Of a DNA stretch of 28,327 nucleotides, positions 9,242 to 16,929 are shown piece after piece; position 1 is the first letter of the stretch, and each line of letters begins with the position of its first letter. Source of the DNA: a virus (taxonomy: Duplodnaviria > Caudoviricetes). A program made the position numbers and the translations under genes. The DNA lies in IMG/VR virus record IMGVR_UViG_3300032312_000643, positions 1-28,327 of that record. The stretch is one strand, 5' to 3'. Below the pieces are notes generated by a model. The model was not told where the DNA came from. It searched no databases and worked only from the letters and a program-made list of their open reading frames with translations.

Positions 9242-9868
9242 ATGTTTCCTGGTATCAAGGAAATTGAATTATCCAAAACATTTGTTTGGTATCCTGCTGG
9301 TAGAGAACAAGAGTATAGTGATCGAATGGGTCCTATATATGCTAAATTACTGTGCGATTACGAAAACACCAGTAACCCTGCAGTGTTTGATCAAAACAAA
9401 ATACTAATTGCTAATTTGTGGGAACAGGTAAAGGACAAGACTACCAAACACGAACTATTATATCGTGTAGAAAAAATCTTAATGCTCTACGAACACTGGA
9501 CTAGAACCAATAAATGGTTATCCCCAATGGTAGCTGTTGTTCACGGCGATCGACACAGAATACATCCGGGCAAAGACAGATGGTTTATCATGAATCATTT
9601 AAACGTACCTAGATATCAGTTTCTAGTAATAGATCAAGTAAACTATCAAATGCTAAATCTTATATCTGGATTTTGGGACAATAAACTTAAATTGTCTATA
9701 AGAGGTAAAGAAGTACCTGCCATATTTCACGACTACGATAAAACAGACGTATATAAATTTGCTAGACTAACTAGCTGGCTAGATTCTCAAATGTCGTTTA
9801 AAGATTTTGCTTCATCTACAAATAGACAACGATCAATGAATCTAATTGTCAATAAGAAAGGACCCTAA
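9242..9868 (+). CDS. Hypothetical protein, possible ParB/Srx-like fold
   Basis: 208-aa ORF; SPMVAV..RIHPGKDRW loosely resembles the ParB G-x-x-R motif. Confidence 0.5.
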   Translation: MFPGIKEIELSKTFVWYPAGREQEYSDRMGPIYAKLLCDYENTSNPAVFDQNKILIANLWEQVKDKTTKHELLYRVEKILMLYEHWTRTNKWLSPMVAVVHGDRHRIHPGKDRWFIMNHLNVPRYQFLVIDQVNYQMLNLISGFWDNKLKLSIRGKEVPAIFHDYDKTDVYKFARLTSWLDSQMSFKDFASSTNRQRSMNLIVNKKGP

Positions 9869-9878
9869 GGTCCTTTCT
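9855..9878. terminator. Probable bidirectional intrinsic terminator
   Basis: Perfect 10-bp inverted repeat AGAAAGGACC-ctaa-GGTCCTTTCT between convergent genes. Confidence 0.75.
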
Positions 9879-9909
9879 GTTTCTTCTAATAATCTGCTAC
9901 GCAGCAATA

Positions 9910-10179
9910 TTATTTCTTTGTAGCACCGCTGTTAACAAATGCGTACATTTTCTCAGCAGTTTCAAGAACTTTATCTAGTCCTGGGTGCTCAGGCATGCCA
10001 ACTGTGGTAACGATCTGATTGGTTTTTTCATCACGTTTAGCAGTCATTTCCCAGCCAGAGAACTTGACATGAAAGTCATCGCTAATAAGATCTTTAGCCA
10101 TTGCTAGAATGTCAGTGCGGATTTCGTAGCCGTTCTTGTTAAATTTAACTTCTGGAACTTTTGGAGTAAATTCTGACAT
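9910..10179 (-). CDS. Hypothetical protein (89 aa)
   Basis: AAGGAG SD; TAATG coupling to the upstream minus-strand gene; KNGYEIRTDILAMAK motif. Confidence 0.75.
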   Translation of the reverse strand: MSEFTPKVPEVKFNKNGYEIRTDILAMAKDLISDDFHVKFSGWEMTAKRDEKTNQIVTTVGMPEHPGLDKVLETAEKMYAFVNSGATKK

Positions 10180-10385
10180 TATTTTGCTCCTTTGTAAACT
10201 GTGTCTTTAGCATTAGCAACTAGAGTTTGTGCCAGTGTTAGAGTTGTGTCAACCCAACCTTGATAAAACTTAGTTTGTGCTTCAATCAGTGTTACCAACT
10301 TTGATTGGATTTCTTTATCGGTAACGAATGTGTTAACGATTGTCTTCTTGCCAGTTTGAATGGCGTCGATAGTTTGATTAAACAT
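10179..10385 (-). CDS. Small amphipathic helical protein, possibly phasin-like (68 aa)
   Basis: An AGGAGA SD before MFNQTIDAIQ places the start at 10385 rather than 10472. The phasin resemblance is weak. Confidence 0.6.
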   Translation of the reverse strand: MFNQTIDAIQTGKKTIVNTFVTDKEIQSKLVTLIEAQTKFYQGWVDTTLTLAQTLVANAKDTVYKGAK

Positions 10386-10440
10386 ATTAATTCTCCTGTG
10401 TGTATGTTTTCTTAGACAACAACCCTGCTGTCTAAGTATT

Positions 10441-10469
10441 ATTATATATGCCTTTCCGTAGAAAAGCAA
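10441..10469 (-). promoter_or_regulatory. Sigma70-type promoter followed by a 5' stem-loop
   Basis: Minus strand TTGCTT-17 nt-TATAAT; 11-bp hairpin CTTAGACAGCA-gggt-TGTTGTCTAAG at 10411-10436. Confidence 0.7.
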
Positions 10470-10496
10470 CAAACATTCTGGTAGATTTAGCCGAAG

Positions 10497-10616
10497 TTAT
10501 TTTCTAGCGATTTCTTGAGCTTCACGCCATTTGCCGCTACGAGCTAAGTGAGCAGCATAATTAGCTTCGCCAAATGCTACTAGCACTGACCAGATTGTGT
10601 TTAAAAAGTTTTTCAT
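10497..10616 (-). CDS. 39-aa small protein (not in ORF track)
   Basis: MKNFLNTIWSVLVAFGEANYAAHLARSGKWREAQEIARK; AAGGAGA SD; ATGA overlap with the upstream ORF. Confidence 0.7.
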   Translation of the reverse strand: MKNFLNTIWSVLVAFGEANYAAHLARSGKWREAQEIARK

Positions 10617-10792
10617 AGATAATTCTCCTTTTGAGAGTAGTTGTATTGTTGGATGTAATTTTCCAACTGTGCGGCATCGGTAATGCCTTTGGTGCTTAGA
10701 TACTGATCTAAGCGAGTTTGATAAGAGCTATCAGGAAACATTTCTGACAGACGCTCTAGCATGGCCAGCATCTTATTTGATAGGTATTTCAT
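10613..10792 (-). CDS. 59-aa DUF3563-like small protein (not in ORF track)
   Basis: MKYLSNKMLAMLERLSEMFPDSSYQTRLDQYLSTKGITDAAQLENYIQQYNYSQKENYL; GAGGA SD; TAAATA on the minus strand at 10841-10846. Confidence 0.65.
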   Translation of the reverse strand: MKYLSNKMLAMLERLSEMFPDSSYQTRLDQYLSTKGITDAAQLENYIQQYNYSQKENYL

Positions 10793-10941
10793 TTTATAAT
10801 CCTCTGTAAGTGTGTGTAGTAACTCATGGTTTCTACTGAGTATTTAGTTCTAGGAGATTACAATTTCATTAAAAAGAGTGTAAAATAGTATTTTTAATCT
10901 AGATGATTGATCGGTTAAATATAAGACAGGAACAATAATAT

Positions 10942-11226
10942 ATGAAAATAAGCACACGATCTATCCTACAAGAACTTAACCAAGTTGCTTCGGTAAGGAA
11001 CACAGATGCTGTTATAGAAAGCAGAGCTACAAATATTATTAATTCTGCTATTAACCTAATAGAATCTATGAAAAAGCAGTATGACCCAGAAGTTGCTGAT
11101 GAATTAGAGCGTCGATTGCTTAATGCTATTAAGGGACAAGATCCGTCCAAATTTACTCGTGGGATTCGTAAGGTCACTGAAGCCCGCAAACAAAAACGAA
11201 AAATAGAAGAATCTAAAAATGACTGA
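10942..11226 (+). CDS. Conserved-looking small helical phage protein heading the NTase operon
   Basis: TAAATA at 10916-10921 and an AGGA SD; overlaps the next gene by 8 nt. Confidence 0.75.
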   Translation: MKISTRSILQELNQVASVRNTDAVIESRATNIINSAINLIESMKKQYDPEVADELERRLLNAIKGQDPSKFTRGIRKVTEARKQKRKIEESKND

Positions 11227-11986
11227 TTTATTTGAAGGCGGTAATGTTTTTAAAGACGATGCCGGTACAATATTAACCAAACGCATTAATAGAGCAGATG
11301 TATTGCCTACTATTAAATGGTTAGAAACTGTTACCGGTTTAGAGCTTACTGATCACCTACTCGGTACTACAGGTAAGAAAGAAACCAGTGGCGACCTAGA
11401 CATTGCCATTGATGCCAATGAAGTAAACAAAGATGAATTTGCTGCCAAGTTGGGCGAGTATATTAGCAAGCAGGGCAGCGATCCTAAGCAGTGGATTAAG
11501 AAGAGCGGAGTTTCAGTACATTTTAAAACCCCCATCAAAGGCGACGAAGCCAACGGCTATGTCCAATCAGATTTTATGTTCGGAGAGCGTGAGTGGATGA
11601 AATGGTCAATGACTGGTGGCCGTGAAGGATCACAGCTTAAAGGTGCTCACCGTCACGTTATCCTAGCCAGCATTGCTAAGACCAAAGGCATGAAGTGGAG
11701 TTTTCAAAATGGATTGATGAATCGTGACACCAACGAAGTGATCACTAAAGATCCTAATGAGATTGCTAAGAAACTCTTAGGGCAAACCGCTACACCTAAA
11801 AATCTTCAAGACCCTGAGGCAATCATCGATTACATTATCAAATTACCCAACTACGAAGAACTGGTGGCAGATGCTAGAACAACTCTTGCCAGAGACGGAG
11901 TTGAATTGCCTGTATCTGGACAAGTCGAAAGTTACACTCCTGGTACAGGTGCTTGGTTCCGTAAGATGATTGAAATCGTAAAATGA
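11219..11986 (+). CDS. Pol-beta-superfamily nucleotidyltransferase 1
   Basis: LLGTTGKKETSGDLDIAID fits hG(S/T)..DxD; YVQSDFM supplies the third acidic residue. Confidence 0.7.
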   Translation: MTDLFEGGNVFKDDAGTILTKRINRADVLPTIKWLETVTGLELTDHLLGTTGKKETSGDLDIAIDANEVNKDEFAAKLGEYISKQGSDPKQWIKKSGVSVHFKTPIKGDEANGYVQSDFMFGEREWMKWSMTGGREGSQLKGAHRHVILASIAKTKGMKWSFQNGLMNRDTNEVITKDPNEIAKKLLGQTATPKNLQDPEAIIDYIIKLPNYEELVADARTTLARDGVELPVSGQVESYTPGTGAWFRKMIEIVK

Positions 11987-13104
11987 GAGCGTTTGAATTC
12001 CTAAATGAGGGATGGAGTAAAAAATACAAAAGTTCCATCAACTGTTCAAATCCAAAAGGATTTAGTCAACGGGCTCATTGTCAAGGAAAAAAGAAAAAAG
12101 AATCTCTAGGTGAGGGCGGATGGGACACAACCTTAACACAAGGCACTGTGCTAAAGCCTGCTGCTGTGGCTCGAGCATTGGCCGTTGTTGATAAGTTTGT
12201 TGTAGACTTTAACAAGTATCTAAAATCCAAAGGAATAGAGCCAGTACAACGTGGCAGGCCTACTGGCAGCAGTGCTTACCATGAACGAGATCAAGAAGAA
12301 GATCCGGACAAGGTCTACGGCGACGTTGACCTACAGATGATTGCTCCGCCTGTGGAAGGCAAAAGCTACGGACAATTCTCAGCATACTGGAACACCCTAG
12401 CAGATGAATTTGTCAAGACAGGTGCTGCTCCCTACGTAGACAATACTGAAAGCAAGCCTGGCCACCCTATTGTAAACATAGGCGACAGTGACTATGTACA
12501 GATTGATTTTATGTGGCATGAGCCAAAGATGGCTGATTGGGGTGCTACTCGTGTAACACCTGAGCGTGGAGTTAAGGGACTGTTATCCGGCAACATGTAT
12601 TCAGTTACCGGTGAGATAATGGATCTAAGTATTCAACATGCTGGTGTACAATTAAAAGTCATTGACAATCAACGTGTGTCCTTTAGCAAACAAAAAGACA
12701 CAACAACAGTGACAGTTACTACCAATCCTAAGACTTGGATCTATGATATCTTTAAATATCAAGCAGAACAGATGGGAGTAAATAATCCCGTAGTTGATCC
12801 GTTGTTAAAGGCTAACCCAGGTACTGACATTGCTGATGTTAAGATCAGTGTAATGGCCAACGGTATCAAGGGATTGGCTAAGAGCTTTGAAGCTAACAAG
12901 ATGTTAGGGCAAGGTGACCTTGCTAAGTTTTCGTCAGCTGACGAGTTCCTAACACAGTGGATGAATCGTTACGAAGAAAAAGCAATGATTGATGTCAACG
13001 CTAAGAAGCGTGACAAAGCAGAAACACCAGAAGCCAAGGCCCGTGCTGAAAGCGATAGAAAGAAAGTCTTACAGGGTCTTGAGATGGTTAAAGGATTATT
13101 TTAA
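11983..13104 (+). CDS. Pol-beta-superfamily nucleotidyltransferase 2 with an N-terminal basic Cys module
   Basis: PTGSSAY..YGDVDLQM and YVQIDFM; leader MRAFEFLNE. Confidence 0.62.
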   Translation: MRAFEFLNEGWSKKYKSSINCSNPKGFSQRAHCQGKKKKESLGEGGWDTTLTQGTVLKPAAVARALAVVDKFVVDFNKYLKSKGIEPVQRGRPTGSSAYHERDQEEDPDKVYGDVDLQMIAPPVEGKSYGQFSAYWNTLADEFVKTGAAPYVDNTESKPGHPIVNIGDSDYVQIDFMWHEPKMADWGATRVTPERGVKGLLSGNMYSVTGEIMDLSIQHAGVQLKVIDNQRVSFSKQKDTTTVTVTTNPKTWIYDIFKYQAEQMGVNNPVVDPLLKANPGTDIADVKISVMANGIKGLAKSFEANKMLGQGDLAKFSSADEFLTQWMNRYEEKAMIDVNAKKRDKAETPEAKARAESDRKKVLQGLEMVKGLF

Positions 13105-14225
13105 TGAGAGCGTTTGAATTTTTAACAGAGTCTAAAGTTGGTCGTGAACTTCAACACGCAGAAGATCTCATTGTGGTTGATGGATCAAAGGGAGCTCTTG
13201 AAGCCCTAGACGAACTAGCTGCTATGGCCAAGAACGTCGACGATGTCACGGTTAAATGGGACGGCTCCCCAGCTGTGTACTTTGGTCGCAATGAAGCTGG
13301 GGCTTTTGTGCTCACAGATATTGCGGGCTTTGGTGCCAAAGGTTATCAAGGTAAAGTTACCAGTGCTGACGATTTAGAAAACATGTTACTAAGCCGCGGC
13401 AAAGAAGTTAACGATTCTCGTAGACAGTTTGCTGGTGCTATGAAAGGTCTTTGGGATCAATTCTCACAAATGATAGAGCCGAACTTCCGCGGCTATATCA
13501 AAGGCGATCTATTATATTACACACAGCCTCCCAAAGATCCTAGCGGAGACTATGTGTTTACACCAAACACAGTAACATATCATATTCCTGTCGATTCAAC
13601 TATTGGTAAAAGAATAGCTCAAAGTACTGCTGGTGTAGCAGTACATCAATACATTGACCTAAACGGCAATTCAACAGCAGTCAAGCTGCCGATGCGTGGC
13701 ATTAAATCCCAAGGTCCAGTAATGATACAAGGTCCTGTAACTGTAAACGTATTGCCCAGCATAGACGAAAACAAACTTAAATCTATCAGACAATATGTAA
13801 CTAGTCGTGCTACAGAAATTGACAAGTTGTTGGACGACAATCAATTGGCCGCAGACAAGATGGGCGACTTTAAAAATGTGCTTTACCGTTTTGTTAACGA
13901 ACAAACAGACACAGGCAGTTTTACTGGCTTGAACAAACGTTTTCAAAGTTGGTTAAGTTCTGACCCTAAAGTTAGTGCTCCAAAGAAAGCAAAAATAGAC
14001 GGTTACATCAAAGCACACGCCGGTGCGTTTGAAGCATTGTTTACGGTCATTGAACAGATCATGGCTATCAAAGATGATGTCATTGATCAACTAGATCAAC
14101 AGGCAGAAGTTAGATCCAGCATTGCTGGCAAGCGTGGCGGCGAGGGCTATGTTAAAGGATCTAGCAAGATCAAACTAGTGCCTAGACTACACTTTACAGC
14201 AGCAAATCGAGCCAAAACTCGCTGA
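13104..14225 (+). CDS. DUF6267-like protein with ligase-type covalent nucleotidyltransferase motifs
   Basis: TVKWDGSPA (motif I KxDG), YIKGDLLY (III), GEGYV (IV), KIKLV (V); leader MRAFEFLTE. Confidence 0.68.
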   Translation: MRAFEFLTESKVGRELQHAEDLIVVDGSKGALEALDELAAMAKNVDDVTVKWDGSPAVYFGRNEAGAFVLTDIAGFGAKGYQGKVTSADDLENMLLSRGKEVNDSRRQFAGAMKGLWDQFSQMIEPNFRGYIKGDLLYYTQPPKDPSGDYVFTPNTVTYHIPVDSTIGKRIAQSTAGVAVHQYIDLNGNSTAVKLPMRGIKSQGPVMIQGPVTVNVLPSIDENKLKSIRQYVTSRATEIDKLLDDNQLAADKMGDFKNVLYRFVNEQTDTGSFTGLNKRFQSWLSSDPKVSAPKKAKIDGYIKAHAGAFEALFTVIEQIMAIKDDVIDQLDQQAEVRSSIAGKRGGEGYVKGSSKIKLVPRLHFTAANRAKTR

Positions 14226-14249
14226 TATCACACGTTTTCTCCAAACCAA

Positions 14250-14257
14250 TATAAATA
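14250..14257 (+). promoter_or_regulatory. T4-like late promoter TATAAATA
   Basis: Exact T4 gp55 consensus, intergenic, upstream of the gene at 14309. Confidence 0.75.
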
Positions 14258-14308
14258 CTATGCCGATCCCGGAGCGGGATCACGATTTAGAGACAAGGAG
14301 AAAAAATC

Positions 14309-14665
14309 ATGGCAGACTTAACAGCAACCACAGTAGCAGCAAATTTTAATAAATTTGCAATTTCACAATCTGACGCAGGTTCAGAGATCGTAATTAGCGG
14401 CAGCAAAACAAACATGACCAACGCTGACCTATTAGCAGTTATTCGTCAACTATCAGTAGCTGGCGGTGACGGTACAGGTACCGACATTGGTGGTCCAGAC
14501 GCTTTCACAGTAGCAGCATTTGGTACAGCAGACGGCACAGCTTTTGAAAGCGGTGTAACAGACGTTGTTTACTTCCGTATTCAAGGCAGTGGCGGTGCAC
14601 CAAATCTAAGTACAGTTTCTGGCGTAACATTGGCAATAGTAGCAGTATTCAAACCAGCACTATAA
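14309..14665 (+). CDS. Small Ala/Gly/Thr-rich virion protein (probably abundant, decoration-like)
   Basis: Monocistronic unit with late promoter, AAGGAG SD and terminator. Confidence 0.6.
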   Translation: MADLTATTVAANFNKFAISQSDAGSEIVISGSKTNMTNADLLAVIRQLSVAGGDGTGTDIGGPDAFTVAAFGTADGTAFESGVTDVVYFRIQGSGGAPNLSTVSGVTLAIVAVFKPAL

Positions 14666-14690
14666 TTAGTAATTCCTAGGGATGGGAAGT

Positions 14691-14721
14691 AAGGACCGGA
14701 ATTTATTTCCGGTCTTTTTTT
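14691..14721 (+). terminator. Intrinsic terminator
   Basis: AAGGACCGGAA-tttat-TTCCGGTCTTT followed by a T run. Confidence 0.85.
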
Positions 14722-14744
14722 ATCTGCGTAAATACTAGCAGATT

Positions 14745-15140
14745 ATGAACCGATACAAAATTACCACACTAGTAGACATCACTCGCAGCAGGCCATCTAG
14801 ATACGATCCTGACGAGATTAAACAAGGCCAACAGAGTAACTTTAATACACTCCTACAGGCAATTGGACTAAGAGCTAACATTGCTTCTGACACAGATCCA
14901 AAACGGGATACAGGACGATTACCGGAGCCATTTAACGGCAAAGGCACATATTGGGTCTATGAGTTTGAACCTGAACGTGCTGACAGTTTTTTAGACGGTG
15001 ATAATCCTGTAGGGCATTTAATCAAAGACCTAAATGGTGTTCCTATCATAGATCGATTAAATAATAGCATAGACTTTGATCTTCCGGTATTTAGAACTTT
15101 GGGTAATCAAATCAATACTTTAGTTCAGAAATTGGACTAG
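14745..15140 (+). CDS. Hypothetical protein
   Basis: 131-aa ORF; TAAATA at 14729-14734 just upstream. Confidence 0.7.
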   Translation: MNRYKITTLVDITRSRPSRYDPDEIKQGQQSNFNTLLQAIGLRANIASDTDPKRDTGRLPEPFNGKGTYWVYEFEPERADSFLDGDNPVGHLIKDLNGVPIIDRLNNSIDFDLPVFRTLGNQINTLVQKLD

Positions 15141-15241
15141 ATGGATAAATAAAACTATAAGGCAAATACATTAGGCAGTTACTAACTTAGGCACATGGCT
15201 CGGAGCGAGCACTTGACTTAACATACAAGGAAACAGCCATA

Positions 15242-15589
15242 ATGGCCACTAAAGAAGCTGTAGCACAACTAGCGGCATTACCCGAGCGGGTAGCGGTAGT
15301 TGAAATCAAAGTAGAAGCAATCAACGACAAACTTTCTGACATTAAATCTGATGTCAAAGACATGCACGACTGTTTAGATAATACTCGTGATTTGCTAGAT
15401 AAAAAGCTCTGTGAAATGGCAGACGCATCAAACAGCCAACACGCAGAACTTGCTGCTAAGATTGGTGATCTAGAAAAACTTAAAAACAAATACACAACCT
15501 ATGCCATGATCGGATTGGCATTTGCCGCAGGCACTGGTTGGCTTAATTCGGTACATTTACCGCAATTACTCAAGTTACTGGGATTGTAA
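15242..15589 (+). CDS. Coiled-coil protein with C-terminal membrane segment (XhlA/holin-like architecture)
   Basis: Heptad-rich body then YAMIGLAFAAGTGWL; AAGGA SD; TAAATA at 15146-15151. Confidence 0.55.
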   Translation: MATKEAVAQLAALPERVAVVEIKVEAINDKLSDIKSDVKDMHDCLDNTRDLLDKKLCEMADASNSQHAELAAKIGDLEKLKNKYTTYAMIGLAFAAGTGWLNSVHLPQLLKLLGL

Positions 15590-15606
15590 AATCTACACAC
15601 TTAAAT

Positions 15607-15629
15607 AAAGGACCATAGGTCCTTTTTTT
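15607..15629 (+). terminator. Intrinsic terminator
   Basis: AAAGGACC-ata-GGTCCTTT followed by TTTT. Confidence 0.7.
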
Positions 15630-16076
15630 ATGACTAAAAACATACAGCAACGGCTTGACACAGTCATTGCTAGAGTAAACAAAAAACTAGTTCAAAATGA
15701 ATTCGTAATTCCGCAAAAAACGGGACGAGGAATTCTTGTTGGTCCTGTGCTGATTGAAAGTACCGGTGCTCTCAAAAATATCTATTATAATGATACGCTC
15801 ATGTTTGCTGATATATCGCTGAATAAGGTAGCAATCAAAATAGCCAACTTGCTGGCCATAGATTCTACTAGATATCAACAAAAAATAGATCAACTAGTAC
15901 ACGTAGATAACAAGTTTGGAGCCGCATTATCTGACTATCAGATGTTTAAAGATCGCTTGTCTAAGGCTCATAGAGAGCAAGACCAGTTTAAAATAGACAT
16001 GTATCTGGCAAGGCTAGGCTATGCTAAATCATCCGCTGAATATTGGAAAAAACAAGCACTTAGTTTGGTTGGATAA
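15630..16076 (+). CDS. Hypothetical protein
   Basis: 148-aa ORF filling the gap; no SD seen. Confidence 0.65.
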   Translation: MTKNIQQRLDTVIARVNKKLVQNEFVIPQKTGRGILVGPVLIESTGALKNIYYNDTLMFADISLNKVAIKIANLLAIDSTRYQQKIDQLVHVDNKFGAALSDYQMFKDRLSKAHREQDQFKIDMYLARLGYAKSSAEYWKKQALSLVG

Positions 16077-16110
16077 GTAATAAATATATGATAATCCTGG
16101 ATGGGCGACT

Positions 16111-16929
16111 ATGAAAACTACAGAAATTTTTAAAAGATCTGACTCTAAAAAGATCAATGAAACAATCCAAAAAACATTTGGACAGCGTATTAGTTTTGAA
16201 AACTATAATCTAGATCAACTAGAAGACTCACGCAATAGACTAAGAACACAGATCTATCAGTTTAAGCAAGCTTCGGGCTTCAACGAAACTTTAGAGAATG
16301 TTGATTACTCTCGTGCTCAGTGGATGCTAGATGCTATTAATGCTGAAATCGAAGAGCGTGGCGAAGTTGCTATGGAAAGCCCAGAAGGAAATCTACCAGA
16401 AACCCAAACAGGAGAAGAAATGAGTAATCAAGTTAGAGAAAGTGCTACAGACAAAGCCAGTGCTGTAGTCACAGCAAAATCAATGGTTGACAGAGTTGGC
16501 CGTTGGATTGAAGATTTGGCACAGATGGAAAACGATCAGCTGTTAGAACTAGGCGATGTTATCCGTGACGAAATGGGTCAAGAACAAGCCAAGGCATTTG
16601 TAAGCCAAGTTGCTCCAGCTATTCAGTCCGCCCTAGCAACATTAAAAACAACACGCGAAGCACTAAGCTCAGGAGTACGTGTACTATCTGGTGACGAGCA
16701 GCCTACAGACATGTTAGGTGCTGAACCAACAGACGACATGGGTAGTGACATGGGTAGTGACATGGGTGCTGAACCAGCTGCTCCAGACGAAATGAACCTT
16801 GGCGATGAAATGCCACCAGAAGATGATTTTGCTGCTGCTGAACCAGCATCTGGTCCAGACGAAGCTGGTCGTGCTAAACGTGAAAGCATTAATCGCAGCA
16901 ATCAACTATTAAAAGTTCTAGCAGGATAA
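16111..16929 (+). CDS. Acidic, helical scaffold/prohead-core-like protein
   Basis: Leader MKTTEIF..INE; many (L/I/V)xE sites; low-complexity D/E/P/M/G linker; TAAATA at 16081-16086. Confidence 0.5.
   Translation: MKTTEIFKRSDSKKINETIQKTFGQRISFENYNLDQLEDSRNRLRTQIYQFKQASGFNETLENVDYSRAQWMLDAINAEIEERGEVAMESPEGNLPETQTGEEMSNQVRESATDKASAVVTAKSMVDRVGRWIEDLAQMENDQLLELGDVIRDEMGQEQAKAFVSQVAPAIQSALATLKTTREALSSGVRVLSGDEQPTDMLGAEPTDDMGSDMGSDMGAEPAAPDEMNLGDEMPPEDDFAAAEPASGPDEAGRAKRESINRSNQLLKVLAG
16735..16767 (+). repeat. In-frame 12-bp tandem repeat (GACATGGGTAGT x2.75)
   Basis: Encodes DMGS-DMGS-DMG. Confidence 0.9.

Noticed and set aside
11219-13104. CBASS operon or MNT-HEPN toxin-antitoxin call for the NTases
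   Set aside because: No Cap effector, Cap2/3 or HEPN RxxxxH partner is recognisable, and the context is late virion genes. Kept only as one possible chemistry.
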